A DNA stretch of 64,000 bases from assembly GCA_002328495.1 (NCBI GenBank), contig DCUJ01000009.1:97180-161179 (forward strand), given 5' to 3'. Under the pieces are notes generated by a model that saw only the letters and a list, made by a program, of their open reading frames with translations, had not been told where the DNA came from and made no database searches. Positions 30,593 through 41,636 of this stretch are shown piece by piece; the first letter of the stretch is position 1; each line of letters opens with the position of its first letter. The translations under genes and the position numbers were made by a program. The DNA is from Sulfurospirillum sp. UBA2217. Lineage in GTDB: Bacteria > Campylobacterota > Campylobacteria > Campylobacterales > Sulfurospirillaceae.

Positions 30593-30949
30593 TTATATAA
30601 AATTCTTAGAGTCACTATCTGAGAGATGGTTCCAAGAAAGTTTGGCTCCCCCTAAAAGATGAAAATGCAAATGAAACACCTCTTGCCCGCCATCGCTTCC
30701 ATTGTTCGTAATCAATCGGTATCCTCCTTCATCCAGCCCCATCAGCTTGGCAACCGTCTGAATAAATGTTGTCATCTCACCCATGATAGCAGGGTCTGTC
30801 TCTTGAAAGTTTTTGTACTCAATTTTAGGAATAATCAAAATATGAATGGGTGCTTTGGGATTGATGTCGTGAAAGGCTAAGAAATGGTCATTTTCAAGAA
30901 CTTTGTTGCATGGAATTTCACCATTAATAATCTTACTAAAAATAGTCAT
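30593..30949 (-). CDS. Histidine triad (HIT) nucleotide-binding protein
   Basis: IFSKIINGEIP, FHDINPKAPIHILIIPK, GQEVFHLHFHLLGG. Confidence 0.97.
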   Translation of the reverse strand: MTIFSKIINGEIPCNKVLENDHFLAFHDINPKAPIHILIIPKIEYKNFQETDPAIMGEMTTFIQTVAKLMGLDEGGYRLITNNGSDGGQEVFHLHFHLLGGAKLSWNHLSDSDSKNFI

Positions 30950-31048
30950 CTCACTTCTCCTGGCATTGATGTGAGCTCATTTTAACCTTTTATAATTAAA
31001 GTTTCACTAAAATGGGCGTTCATAATAATGTTTAGGGAAGGTAAAGCC

Positions 31049-32041
31049 TTGAGAGAGATTGAAAATTCGATTGCATCGTGCACATCGCTTAGTGAATTAG
31101 AAAAACAGCGTGTCCATCTTTTTGGCAAAAAAGGTCATTTTGCGGCTCAGTTTGAAGAGCTAAAAAAGCTAGAAGGGGACGCAAAAAAGACCTTTGCACA
31201 AAATCTGAATACTGATAAAGAAAAATTTTTGGCCTTATTTGCTGAAAAAAAGATGATTCTTGAAGCGATTATGATCGAAGAAGAGATGAAAAAAAGCAGT
31301 GTCGATGTTACCTTATTTAACCAAGAAAGTTCAGCAGGTGCCTTGCATCCAGTGATGGATACGATGGATAAAATTATTGAATATTTTATTAGCATGAACT
31401 TTTCCATTGAAGAGGGCCCTTTGGTGGAAGATGATTTTCACAATTTTGAAGCGCTTAATCTTCCAAAATATCACCCTGCGCGTGATATGCAAGACACCTT
31501 TTATTTTAATGATAGCATGTTGCTTCGTACCCACACCTCACCCGTTCAAATCCGAACGATGTTATCTCAAAAGCCTCCAATTCGTATGATTTGTCCAGGG
31601 GCTGTGTTTAGACGCGATTTTGATATTACGCACACACCGATGTTTCATCAGGTGGAAGGTCTTGTGGTGGGCAAAAGCGGAGAGGTTAGTTTTGCCAATC
31701 TCAAATTTATATTGGAAGATTTTTTAAAACATATGTTTGGTGATGTCTTGGTTCGTTTTCGTCCTAGTTTTTTCCCTTTCACAGAACCTAGTGCAGAGGT
31801 GGATATTAGCTGTATTTTCTGTAAAGGTGAAGGGTGTCGCGTCTGTTCTCATACGGGATGGCTTGAAGTGCTAGGCTGTGGCGTGGTGGATTCCAATGTC
31901 TTCAAAGCCGTAGGTTATAAAGATGTGAGTGGGTATGCCTTTGGTTTGGGTGTGGAGCGTTTTGCGATGTTATTACACCGCGTGCCTGATTTACGGTCCT
32001 TATTTGAGGGTGATTTGAGATTGTTGGAGCAGTTTAGATGA
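31049..32041 (+). CDS. pheS: Phenylalanyl-tRNA synthetase alpha subunit
   Basis: [61 protein letters not shown] start at 31049 preferred. Confidence 0.99.
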   Translation: MREIENSIASCTSLSELEKQRVHLFGKKGHFAAQFEELKKLEGDAKKTFAQNLNTDKEKFLALFAEKKMILEAIMIEEEMKKSSVDVTLFNQESSAGALHPVMDTMDKIIEYFISMNFSIEEGPLVEDDFHNFEALNLPKYHPARDMQDTFYFNDSMLLRTHTSPVQIRTMLSQKPPIRMICPGAVFRRDFDITHTPMFHQVEGLVVGKSGEVSFANLKFILEDFLKHMFGDVLVRFRPSFFPFTEPSAEVDISCIFCKGEGCRVCSHTGWLEVLGCGVVDSNVFKAVGYKDVSGYAFGLGVERFAMLLHRVPDLRSLFEGDLRLLEQFR

Positions 32042-34374
32042 TAGTAACAAAACAGTGGTTAAATGAATGGATTGATTTGGGCTCTATTGATACAGAGCGT
32101 ATCAGTGTGGCACTTAATGCCATTGGACTCGAAGTGGATGGTATTTCAAAAGTACGTATTGCCCAAAATGTGGTGGTTGGAAAAGTTATAAGCTGCGAAA
32201 AACATCCTAATGCCGATAAGCTGAATCTCACCCAAGTTGATGTGGGTGAGAGTATCCAGCAAATCGTCTGTGGGGCTAAAAATGTGGCGGAAGGTCAGAT
32301 GGTTGCTGTTGCCCTTATTGGCGCGGAACTTCCTGGTGGCATCAAAATTAAAAAAGCAAAACTGCGCGACGTCGAATCGTGTGGGATGATATGCTCTTCA
32401 AATGAACTGGGACTTCCTAAAATCAATGATGGTATTATGATTTTGGATGAGAGCATTGGAAAGTTGGTGATTGGTAAGCCCTTGTGCGAATATCCTCTTT
32501 TAAACGACGATGTGATAGAAATAGGATTAACGCCTAATCGTGGAGATTGCCAAAGTATTTTTGGAATTGCTCGGGATTTGAGTGTCTATTTTGACGCCGA
32601 AGTGAGACGTTTGGTCGTAGAAGAAGATGAAGAGAATAAACCAGGTATTGGAAGGGTTTTGCAGGTCAATGGAGCCGAGGGATTAAACAGTGCTTACATG
32701 TACAAAGTATTTGATAACGAATCGATTAGTGTTCCTTTGCTGGTGCAACTACGTTTAGGTTTTGCAGAAGTGGTCAATGCGTGTGAATTAGGACAAATGG
32801 TAGACTATGCGACCTACGTCACAGGGGTATTGTTACGTGCGTACAACCATGCATGTTTTAGTGAGAATGAAGATAAAGCCAAAATCACACTCCTTAAAGA
32901 CGAAAACGGTTTAGATACGGTGTTTGGGAAAGGGATAAAATGTGCGATAACAGGGATTGCGCAAGAGGGAGTTTGTAAAGCAAATGCTTTAGATAAACGC
33001 ATTATTATTGAAGCAAATTATACAACCCCTGAGTCCATTGCCGAAAAAAGTGCTGCTTTAAAATTGGGTGCGGATAGGCATTTGTACCGCTCATCCAGAG
33101 GAAGTGAGCCTGATTTGAATTTTGGACTCAATTACTTTTTTAAAAAGATGGGTGAGTTTTCAAAAATTGTGAGTTATGCTGATGCTCAACATGTCGCCAA
33201 AGAGCCTCTTGAAAAAGTTATCACATTGCATCAAAGCGATTTGACCGCGATGATTGGAGAAGAAATTCCCAAAAATCGCGTGATTAAAATTTTGAAACAA
33301 CTAGGCTTTGAGGTCAATTTTGCGTACGAACAAGATGTAATGAATGTCAAAGTCCCCCCTTTTAGAAGCGATGTGGTCAATATTCAAGATGTGTGTGAAG
33401 AGATTGTGCGTATTGTGGGCATTGATAACATTACTTCAAAACCTTACCATTTTGCAGAAACATTGCACATTAATCAACCCTATCTTAATTTCAAAAAACG
33501 TCAAAAATACCGTCATAAAGCCGTTGCTGTAGGCTTTTTTGAAACCTTACATTTTGTGTTTGATGATGCCAGTAGACTACAACGTTTTGGTTTTGAAACA
33601 CTGGATGCATCGCTTGATGTGGCTAACCCTATCACCAGTGAGCTCAATACTTTAAGGGCATCATTGCTTCCTAATATCTTAAATGCAGTCAGTCAAAATA
33701 TTAAATTTGGCAAGAAGCGTGTGGCATTGTTTGAGGTCGGTAGTGTCTTTGATGCACACCGTCTTGAGACTAAAAATATTGCGTTTGTCTTTAGTGGTGA
33801 AGAAGCACATGCTGATATCACCAATCATGGTAAGCCAGAGACGATTGATTTTTTTGCGTTTGCGCGTAAGATCCAAAGCGTTGTGGGAGCATTTGCTCTC
33901 AAGCCTTTGTGCAATCCCAATGGTCTGTGCAGCCCGTACGAAGTCGCTGAAGTGATTATGGATGGAGTGGTTGCTGGGTATATGGCAAGGGTCAATGTGC
34001 AAGTTGAAAAAGAGCTTGATTTGCCTAAAACGTATGTGTGTGAACTGTGCTTTGATCGCTTAAGGGATGCACAAAAGTGTGCTAAAGAGTATTCGAAGTT
34101 TCCTTCTACTTCACGAGATTTGAGTCTCATGGTTCCCTCTTCCATGCAATACAGTGACCTAGAGGCGTACATTTTAAGCATTGCTCCCAACGAGATGGTG
34201 AAATGCTCGGCAATCGATATTTACAGGCATGAAAGTTTTGGGAGTGCGATGAGTTTAACCCTCAAGTTACAGTTCCAATCCAGTGAAAAAACATTGGATG
34301 AAGAGAGCATCGCTGCTATGATTGAAGCATTATTGGCACGGCTTCATGAGCGTTTTGGAATTGCATTGCGATGA
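32038..34374 (+). CDS. pheT: Phenylalanyl-tRNA synthetase beta subunit
   Basis: [52 protein letters not shown]. Confidence 0.98.
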   Translation: MIVTKQWLNEWIDLGSIDTERISVALNAIGLEVDGISKVRIAQNVVVGKVISCEKHPNADKLNLTQVDVGESIQQIVCGAKNVAEGQMVAVALIGAELPGGIKIKKAKLRDVESCGMICSSNELGLPKINDGIMILDESIGKLVIGKPLCEYPLLNDDVIEIGLTPNRGDCQSIFGIARDLSVYFDAEVRRLVVEEDEENKPGIGRVLQVNGAEGLNSAYMYKVFDNESISVPLLVQLRLGFAEVVNACELGQMVDYATYVTGVLLRAYNHACFSENEDKAKITLLKDENGLDTVFGKGIKCAITGIAQEGVCKANALDKRIIIEANYTTPESIAEKSAALKLGADRHLYRSSRGSEPDLNFGLNYFFKKMGEFSKIVSYADAQHVAKEPLEKVITLHQSDLTAMIGEEIPKNRVIKILKQLGFEVNFAYEQDVMNVKVPPFRSDVVNIQDVCEEIVRIVGIDNITSKPYHFAETLHINQPYLNFKKRQKYRHKAVAVGFFETLHFVFDDASRLQRFGFETLDASLDVANPITSELNTLRASLLPNILNAVSQNIKFGKKRVALFEVGSVFDAHRLETKNIAFVFSGEEAHADITNHGKPETIDFFAFARKIQSVVGAFALKPLCNPNGLCSPYEVAEVIMDGVVAGYMARVNVQVEKELDLPKTYVCELCFDRLRDAQKCAKEYSKFPSTSRDLSLMVPSSMQYSDLEAYILSIAPNEMVKCSAIDIYRHESFGSAMSLTLKLQFQSSEKTLDEESIAAMIEALLARLHERFGIALR

Positions 34375-35660
34375 ATGCTTTACATGTAAGCCCTAAGGGA
34401 GATTTTTCACTGAGTATTGATACGATTGCCAGTGATAAATCCATTTCACATCGTTGTGCGATTTTTCCTCTTTTGTGTGATGAACCCTCTTACATTGAAA
34501 ACTACCTGCACGCGGAAGATACCTTATGTACGCTAAACATCGTCCAGATGTTAGGGGCGGATGTAAAAGTGCGTGAAGATGGAATAATGGTGATTACTCC
34601 TCCTCAGGCGATTGTGGAGCCTCCTTGTGTGCTTGATTGTGGCAATGCAGGAACAGCTATACGTTTATTGATGGGTTTTTTATCTTCACGTCAGGGGTAT
34701 TTTGTGCTTTATGGGGACAAATACCTCTGCTCTCGCCCTATGAGGCGCGTGGCAGATCCTTTGCGTTCGATTGGAGCGTGTATTGATGGGCGAAGTGATG
34801 GCAATTATGCTCCTCTTGGCATTCGTGGACAACGCTTAAAAGCCTTTCATTATGAGAGCAAAATCTCTTCAGCACAAGTTAAAAGTGCACTGATCTTAGC
34901 CGCACTTCAAGCCGATGGTATTTCAACTTTTAGTGAGCCAGAACTTAGCCGTGACCACAGTGAGCGTATGCTTAGAGGCATGGGCGCAAAGGTGCTTACC
35001 GAAGGATTGAACGTCACCATTCATCCTCAACGTACTCCTTTAAAACCTTTACATGTAAGGGTTCCAAGTGATCCTTCAAGTGGTTTTTTCTTTGCCGTTG
35101 CCGCTGCTATCCATGAAGGTTGTTCCATTACCTTGCATCACATGCTTTTAAATCCGACACGGATTGAGGCGTATAAAGTGCTTGAACGTATGGGTGCTGA
35201 GGTTTGTTTTATCGAAAAAGAGAATACTTATGAGAGTGTGGGCGATATTTGCATCACTGGACGAGCCCTTAAGGGTGTTGTGGTGGAAGAAAATATTGCG
35301 TGGCTTATCGATGAATTACCAGCGCTTTCCATTGCTTTTGCGTGTGCTATGGGAAAAAGTACAGTGAAAAATGCAGAAGAGTTACGCGTAAAAGAGAGTG
35401 ACCGCATCAGTAGTGTGGTGAAAAATTTGCGTTTGTGTGGTATTGAGGTGGAAGAGTTTAGGGATGGTTACGAAGTGTTAGGCGGTACGCTTCGCAGTGC
35501 AACGATTAACAGCTTTGGTGATCATCGAATTGCTATGAGTTTTGCTATAGCTGGGACTAAAGTAGCGATGCACATCGAAGATGTAGCATGTATTCAGACC
35601 TCGTTTCCAAATTTTACGGAATTATTGGCATGTATTGGAGTTCTGCATTATGGAGATTAG
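34371..35660 (+). CDS. aroA: 3-phosphoshikimate 1-carboxyvinyltransferase (EPSP synthase)
   Basis: [61 protein letters not shown]. Confidence 0.99.
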   Translation: MNALHVSPKGDFSLSIDTIASDKSISHRCAIFPLLCDEPSYIENYLHAEDTLCTLNIVQMLGADVKVREDGIMVITPPQAIVEPPCVLDCGNAGTAIRLLMGFLSSRQGYFVLYGDKYLCSRPMRRVADPLRSIGACIDGRSDGNYAPLGIRGQRLKAFHYESKISSAQVKSALILAALQADGISTFSEPELSRDHSERMLRGMGAKVLTEGLNVTIHPQRTPLKPLHVRVPSDPSSGFFFAVAAAIHEGCSITLHHMLLNPTRIEAYKVLERMGAEVCFIEKENTYESVGDICITGRALKGVVVEENIAWLIDELPALSIAFACAMGKSTVKNAEELRVKESDRISSVVKNLRLCGIEVEEFRDGYEVLGGTLRSATINSFGDHRIAMSFAIAGTKVAMHIEDVACIQTSFPNFTELLACIGVLHYGD

Positions 35661-36483
35661 ACTTGCCAAGAGTTATGGGTTTTGCTTTGGAGTGAAGCGT
35701 GCCATTAAAATCGCAGAAAATGCCAGTAATGCTGTAACTATAGGCCCTTTGATTCATAACAATGCAGAGATAAGCCGTCTCAAAGACAATTTTAACGTTA
35801 CCACTTTGCACGATATCCATGAAGCCAAAGGTGCTAAAAAAGCCATTATTCGCACGCATGGAATTCCCAAAAATGATTTAGAACAGTTGCGCGCTGATAA
35901 AGCCGAAGTCATTGATGCTACGTGTCCCTATGTGACTAAACCGCAAGAGATTTGTGAAAAAATGAGCCAAGAAGGCTATGAAATTGTCATCTTTGGTGAT
36001 GCCAATCATCCCGAAGTCAAAGGGGTCGCTAGTTACGCAATTCATGGAGCGGTAGTCGTTCAAAGTGTGGAAGAGTTATCTCACGTGAAACTCAAAGGGC
36101 AAAAAGTATCGGTAGTTTCTCAGACGACCCGAAAAATTAATGAATTTTTAGAAATCACCCGTTATCTTGAATCACGCTATAAAGAAGTACGCATATTTAA
36201 CACCATTTGCAATGCTACTTTTGAGAACCAAGATGCTGCGAAAGATTTGGCAAAAGAGGCGGACGTGGTGGTTATTATTGGGGGGAAAAACTCTTCCAAT
36301 ACAAAGCAATTACATAGTATTTGCAAGGAGTATTGTGAAGACAGTTTCTTGGTAGAAGATGAACACGACCTTGATGAAAAATGGTTTGAGGGCAAGCATT
36401 TGTGTGGTGTGACAGCGGGAGCTTCGACACCTGATTGGATTATTGAAAAAATAGTTGGAAAAATAAGCAAAATTAAAGTATAA
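35650..36483 (+). CDS. ispH: 4-hydroxy-3-methylbut-2-enyl diphosphate reductase
   Basis: [55 protein letters not shown]. Confidence 0.98.
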   Translation: MEIRLAKSYGFCFGVKRAIKIAENASNAVTIGPLIHNNAEISRLKDNFNVTTLHDIHEAKGAKKAIIRTHGIPKNDLEQLRADKAEVIDATCPYVTKPQEICEKMSQEGYEIVIFGDANHPEVKGVASYAIHGAVVVQSVEELSHVKLKGQKVSVVSQTTRKINEFLEITRYLESRYKEVRIFNTICNATFENQDAAKDLAKEADVVVIIGGKNSSNTKQLHSICKEYCEDSFLVEDEHDLDEKWFEGKHLCGVTAGASTPDWIIEKIVGKISKIKV

Positions 36484-36546
36484 TAGAAAACTTTTGCGCG
36501 AAAAGCGCACTAAATTCACAAAAAAATCACTTAAAAAGGGTAGCAT

Positions 36547-38223
36547 ATGGTTAAAGAGGCGAACAAAACTGTTCATACTGACGTCGCAGACGAGCATGAG
36601 GAGATGGATTTTGCGGCGATGTTGGAGGAGTCTTTCAAAGATACAGAAAGAGAAGCATTGATCAACGGTGTTGTTGTGGCAATTAAAGAAGACGTCATTT
36701 TAGTGGACGTGGGCAAGAAGTCTGAGGGACGCTTGAACGCAAGTGAAGTGATGGATGAAAATGGCAACATTACATGTAAAGTGGGCGATGTTATTCCTGT
36801 TGTCATTACAGGTTTTAGAAATGAAAGACCAGCGGTTTCACATAAAAAAGCACTTCGCAAAAATCATATCAAAGCCTTTATCGCTGAGTTTAATGAAGAA
36901 GATGATATTGCGATTGATGTTAAAATTACGGGTAAAAATAAGGGTGGATTTATCGCTGAAAATAAAGAAGGCATCGAATTTTTCCTTCCACGTTCACAAG
37001 CAGCCGTTAAAGATTTAAACACACTCGTGGGCAAATCACTCAAAGTTAAAATTATAAAAATCGATAACGATACAGAATCCATCATCATTTCACGTAAAAA
37101 ATTCTTAGACGATGATCGTAAAAAACGCAAAGAGATCGTTCAAGAGCTTATTGACCGCAATGAAGTCGTTGAAGGAACCATCAAAAAAATTACCACGTAC
37201 GGTATGTTTGTCGATGTGGGTGGCATTGATGGTTTAGTGCATTACTCAGAAATCAGTTACAAAGGTCCCGTAAATCCAGGAACCATTTACCAAGAGGGTG
37301 AGACCATTCAGGTTAAAGCTATCAAATATGACAAAGATAAGCGACATCTTTCACTTTCTATTAAAGCGGCAATGCCAGATCCTTGGGATGAGATTAAAGA
37401 TGAGCTCGAAGTGGGTGATTCCATTCAAGTGACCATCAGCAACATTGAGCCATACGGTGCGTTTGTTGATTTGGGCAATGACATTGAAGGTTTCTTGCAC
37501 ATCTCTGAAATTTCATGGGATAAAAACATTAAGCATCCACGTGATTACATTGAAGAGGGTCAGGTTGCAGACGTAGAAGTCATCGAAATCGATGCCAAAG
37601 AGCGTCGTTTACGTGTTTCTTTGAAAAATGTCCTTCCAAAGCCTTTTGATGATTTTATGAAAAAATTTAAAGTGGGTGATGTGGTTAAAGGGACAGTGAC
37701 TACTATCACAGCCTTTGGTGCTTTCTTGAAAATCGGTGGTATCGAAGGTTTATTGCACAATGAAGACGCCTCATGGGATCGTAACAACAAATGTAAAGAG
37801 TTGTTCAATGTGGGTGATGAAGTTGAAGTCAAAATTGTTAAAGTAGATGTTGAGAGTGAAAAAATCTCATTAAGTAAAAAAGAGCTTGAAGACAGCCCGA
37901 TTCAAAAATACGCAAAATCACATGAAAATGGTGACATTGTCAATGGAAAAATTCGCGATATCAAAGAATTTGGTATTTTTGTTGAGCTTGAAGAGAATGT
38001 GGATGCCTTGATCCGTAAAGAAGACTTAGGACAAGTCAGTGAATCCGATCTTAAAATCGGTGATGAAATCGAAGCGGCCATTACCTTTATTGACGATAAG
38101 AAAAATCGTATTCGTCTCTCCATCAGACGTCTTTCTAAACTCAAAGAGAGAGAAGCACTGAAAGAGATCAATAAAGAAGAAAAAATGACGCTTGGAGATA
38201 TCTTAAAAGATCAATTGAAATAA
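36547..38223 (+). CDS. rpsA: 30S ribosomal protein S1
   Basis: Tandem S1 repeats (YGMFVDVGGIDGLVH, YGAFVDLG..IEGFLH) and C-terminal TLGDIL. Confidence 0.98.
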   Translation: MVKEANKTVHTDVADEHEEMDFAAMLEESFKDTEREALINGVVVAIKEDVILVDVGKKSEGRLNASEVMDENGNITCKVGDVIPVVITGFRNERPAVSHKKALRKNHIKAFIAEFNEEDDIAIDVKITGKNKGGFIAENKEGIEFFLPRSQAAVKDLNTLVGKSLKVKIIKIDNDTESIIISRKKFLDDDRKKRKEIVQELIDRNEVVEGTIKKITTYGMFVDVGGIDGLVHYSEISYKGPVNPGTIYQEGETIQVKAIKYDKDKRHLSLSIKAAMPDPWDEIKDELEVGDSIQVTISNIEPYGAFVDLGNDIEGFLHISEISWDKNIKHPRDYIEEGQVADVEVIEIDAKERRLRVSLKNVLPKPFDDFMKKFKVGDVVKGTVTTITAFGAFLKIGGIEGLLHNEDASWDRNNKCKELFNVGDEVEVKIVKVDVESEKISLSKKELEDSPIQKYAKSHENGDIVNGKIRDIKEFGIFVELEENVDALIRKEDLGQVSESDLKIGDEIEAAITFIDDKKNRIRLSIRRLSKLKEREALKEINKEEKMTLGDILKDQLK

Positions 38224-38226
38224 GCA

Positions 38227-38706
38227 ATGCACAAAAAAATCCTTGGCGCACTGTTCGTTCTGCTCTTTATAGGAGTAGGGTCTTTACTCTACAAACTCTT
38301 GAATCAAGGGGTTGACGTGAAGGTAGAACAGGTCAAGGATCGCTCCCTTGCTCCTCAAGAAACTATCAAAAGTTCGAGTGAGCGTGCGTGGGTCAAAGAG
38401 CTGGCTCAAAAAGAGGCACGCTCTTTTATTTATCCTGTGAATGAACTTTTTATGCAAATTGACCTTCAAGGTCCTAATGCAGAAAAGGTTAAATCCTTCC
38501 GTTTAGTGATTGATCGGCTTGATCGTTATTCTCTCTTTTGTATCATCCAAACGCTTACCTCTTTTAATCTCTCGTATATGATTGTCAAAGAAGAAAAAGC
38601 ACCTTTGATTTACGTGCAAGAGAAAAACGAGAAAGCCTTAGAAAAAGTGTTGCGTGAACTTGAAAAATACGATATCAAATCAAAAATTGTTGAGGTTTTA
38701 TTATGA
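38227..38706 (+). CDS. Conserved hypothetical membrane-anchored periplasmic protein (Cj0892c-like)
   Basis: N-terminal TM helix. Lies between rpsA and serA as in Campylobacter. Confidence 0.8.
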   Translation: MHKKILGALFVLLFIGVGSLLYKLLNQGVDVKVEQVKDRSLAPQETIKSSSERAWVKELAQKEARSFIYPVNELFMQIDLQGPNAEKVKSFRLVIDRLDRYSLFCIIQTLTSFNLSYMIVKEEKAPLIYVQEKNEKALEKVLRELEKYDIKSKIVEVLL

Positions 38707-40289
38707 AGCAAAAAAAGATTATTGTCTGTGATGCCATCCATGAAAAAGGATTTCAGATTTTACGTTCCGAAGAGGGCATTGAAGTTATCGATGCGGTGAG
38801 TGTTCCTAAAGATGTTTTATTGACAATTTTAGGTGATGCGGATGTTGCCATCACGCGTAGTTCAACCGATGTGGATGAAAAGTTTTTAAATGCAGCCACA
38901 AATCTTAAAGCGATTGTCCGTGCGGGTGTAGGTGTGGATAACGTGGATCAGGAAGGATGTTCTCGTAGAGGCATCATTGCAATGAACGTTCCAACGGCAA
39001 ATACCATTGCTGCGGTTGAACTTACGATGGCACATCTTCTTGGAACGGCTCGAAGCTTCACCAATGCGAATAACCATCTCAAACTTGATCGTGTATGGAA
39101 CCGTGAAAAGTGGTATGGGGTCGAATTGTGTGATAAGCGCTTAGGTGTTATCGGATTTGGTAATATCGGAAGCCGTGTTGCGATTCGTGCTAAAGCCTTT
39201 GGTATGGAAGTGATTGCGTATGACCCTTACATTTCAGCGTCCAAAGTAACTGATTTGGGTATGACGTACACTGAGAATTTTGAGGATATCTTGGCATGTG
39301 ATTTTATTACCATTCATACGCCTAAAAATAAAGAAACGACCAATATGATTTCGCATGCTGAAATCGCACGCATGAAAGAGGGTGTCCGTTTGGTGAATTG
39401 TGCACGTGGTGGACTTTATAATGAAGACGCCTTGTGTGAAGGGATTAAAAGTGGAAAAATTGCTTTTGCGGGTATTGATGTATTTTCAAAAGAGCCTGCC
39501 ACAAACCATCCTTTGCTCGACCTTGAAAATGTCTGTGTGACAGCGCACTTAGGAGCTAACACCCTTGAATCTCAAGAAAAAATTGCGATTCAAGCGGCTG
39601 AAAATGCTATCTCAGCCGCACGTGGTATTAGCTATCCCCATGCGTTAAATCTACCGATTAAAGCCGAAGACCTCCCTGCTTTTGTGGAGCCTTATTTGGA
39701 ATTAGTGCAAAAAATGGGCTTTTTAGCTGCCCAGCTCAATCGTTCCGCACTCAAATCCATTCGTTTGGAATTGGAAGGTGAGATTGGGGGATATGGAAAA
39801 TCGCTTCTTACGTTTGGTATTGTGGGAGCACTTAAAGACGTGGTAGAAGATAAAGTCAACTATGTCAATGCCGCCTTCGTTGCCACGGAAAAAGGCATCG
39901 AAACCAAACACGAAGTCGTGAGCAGTTTAAGTGGGTATAAAAACCGAATCACGCTTACCTTAACCACGGAAAAAGATGTGATTAGCATTAGTGGTACAGT
40001 ATTTGGTGAAGATGAACAACGCATTGTGGGTATCAATAACTTCAAATTTGACTTTAAGCCAAAAGGCAAGATGATTATCTTTAAAAACCATGACGTACCA
40101 GGGGTTATTGCTAATATCACGTCGATTTTAGCCGAATCTCACATTAACATTGCTGACTTTAGACTTGGACGTGGTGCCAATCAGTTTGCGATGGCGGTTA
40201 TCTTGGTAGATAGTAACGTTGAAAAAGAGATTATTGCACGACTCAACAAGCTTGAAAGCTGTGTTTGGGTTGAGTACGCGGTACTGTGA
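38703..40289 (+). CDS. serA: D-3-phosphoglycerate dehydrogenase
   Basis: RAGVGVDN, NTIAAVE, GFGNIG, NCARGG, HLGANT and a C-terminal ACT domain (HDVPGVI...NIA). Confidence 0.97.
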   Translation: MKQKKIIVCDAIHEKGFQILRSEEGIEVIDAVSVPKDVLLTILGDADVAITRSSTDVDEKFLNAATNLKAIVRAGVGVDNVDQEGCSRRGIIAMNVPTANTIAAVELTMAHLLGTARSFTNANNHLKLDRVWNREKWYGVELCDKRLGVIGFGNIGSRVAIRAKAFGMEVIAYDPYISASKVTDLGMTYTENFEDILACDFITIHTPKNKETTNMISHAEIARMKEGVRLVNCARGGLYNEDALCEGIKSGKIAFAGIDVFSKEPATNHPLLDLENVCVTAHLGANTLESQEKIAIQAAENAISAARGISYPHALNLPIKAEDLPAFVEPYLELVQKMGFLAAQLNRSALKSIRLELEGEIGGYGKSLLTFGIVGALKDVVEDKVNYVNAAFVATEKGIETKHEVVSSLSGYKNRITLTLTTEKDVISISGTVFGEDEQRIVGINNFKFDFKPKGKMIIFKNHDVPGVIANITSILAESHINIADFRLGRGANQFAMAVILVDSNVEKEIIARLNKLESCVWVEYAVL

Positions 40290-41458
40290 TGAAGGATGTG
40301 ATGATGCTTCGTGAAAAATTTTCACCTATTTGTTTTCTTTCTGCTTTAGGGGCTGGAGGATTGTCCGTTTCGTTTTACATGTATTTGATGTTTATGATTC
40401 CCCATCGTGGTGTTCCCATGACCACGTTTGACTTTTGGTATCCTACCGTCCTTAAAGGCGATTGGCTATCTGCCGTCAGTGTTGTATGTGCTATAGGTAT
40501 TGTCTATTTTGCGGTGTTGCATTTTAAATTACTCTGGTGGAATATCCAACAATTTAAGCTTTATAAGCAATCTTCTGCTTATCAAATCATGGCAAGTTCC
40601 AATGCAGAAGTGACACTGATGACCATTCCTTTGACGCTTAGCATGACCATCAATGTCTGCTTTGTTTTAGGTGCTTTGTTTGTGCCAAAACTTTGGAGTG
40701 TCGTTGAGTATCTTTTTCCTTTTGCTATTTTAGGATTTTTGATTGCGGGGGCATATGCTTTAAAGATTTTTATGGACTATTTTTCACGACTTATTGTTAA
40801 AGGTGATTTTGATTTTGCCAACAACAATAATCTTTCGCAAATGATTTCTATCTTTGCTTTTGCGATGATAGCGGTTGGTCTTGCTGCACCTGGCGCTATG
40901 AGTCAGTATTTGGTAGTAAATGCCATCGGTATTTTTGCAGCCATTTTCTTTAGTGCCATCGCTATTTTGCTTTTGCTTATCAAGCTTATTTTTGGGTTTC
41001 AAAATATTTTCCAGCATGGTATTGCAAAAGAAGCAAGCCCATCATTGTGGATTATGATTCCTATTTTAACGCTTTTGGGCATCACATATATTCGCATTAG
41101 TTTTGGACTGGATCATCACTTTGACCAAAAATTGGTGAACTCTTCACTGTTTACATTTACTAGCTTGGTCTTTTCATTACAGCTTATTTTTGGATTGATT
41201 GGCTATAAAGTGATGAAGCATATCGGCTATTTTGAAGAGTTTGTAGAATCTTCTAACCGTTCACCCGTAAGCTTTGCACTGATTTGTCCAGGGGTGGCTT
41301 TGATGGTATTTGGTATGTTTTTCATTCACATAGGCCTAGTCCCCAATAATGTTTTAGAAGTCAATACTATTGCTTATTTTATTGTGATGGCACCTTTTAT
41401 GTATGTGCAGTACATCACCATTATCTACTTCTTTAAACTCAAGCGAAAATTTTTTTAA
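40289..41458 (+). CDS. Polytopic membrane protein of unknown function (resembles TsoY-type/TDT-like proteins)
   Basis: About 10 hydrophobic helices. Motifs SPICFLSALGAGGLSVSFYMYLMF, IPLTLSMTINVCF, SLWIMIPILTLLGI, SFALICPGVA. TGATG coupling to serA. Confidence 0.7.
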   Translation: MKDVMMLREKFSPICFLSALGAGGLSVSFYMYLMFMIPHRGVPMTTFDFWYPTVLKGDWLSAVSVVCAIGIVYFAVLHFKLLWWNIQQFKLYKQSSAYQIMASSNAEVTLMTIPLTLSMTINVCFVLGALFVPKLWSVVEYLFPFAILGFLIAGAYALKIFMDYFSRLIVKGDFDFANNNNLSQMISIFAFAMIAVGLAAPGAMSQYLVVNAIGIFAAIFFSAIAILLLLIKLIFGFQNIFQHGIAKEASPSLWIMIPILTLLGITYIRISFGLDHHFDQKLVNSSLFTFTSLVFSLQLIFGLIGYKVMKHIGYFEEFVESSNRSPVSFALICPGVALMVFGMFFIHIGLVPNNVLEVNTIAYFIVMAPFMYVQYITIIYFFKLKRKFF

Positions 41459-41527
41459 TAGACTTCTTGCAGTTTTGCAAGAAGTCTATTAGACAAGAAG
41501 GCTTAAGCCTTCTTGTTAACAGTTAAC
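41457..41527. terminator. Tandem perfect inverted repeats downstream of the membrane protein gene
   Basis: AATAGACTTCTTGCA-gttt-TGCAAGAAGTCTATT (41457-41490) and the loop-less 24-bp palindrome ACAAGAAGGCTTAAGCCTTCTTGT (41493-41516). Confidence 0.8.
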
Positions 41528-41636
41528 TTTAGGTTTATGCCTTTCTAAAGGATTGGGCTTAATTTTTTACCGTCAATCAAATCCTATAATCCCTATGATA
41601 GTATCTTTTCAATAATGATAATAATAAGGTTATGGT

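Noticed and set aside
34371-38223. aroA-ispH-rpsA order without cmk
   Set aside because: This is the normal Campylobacterota arrangement.
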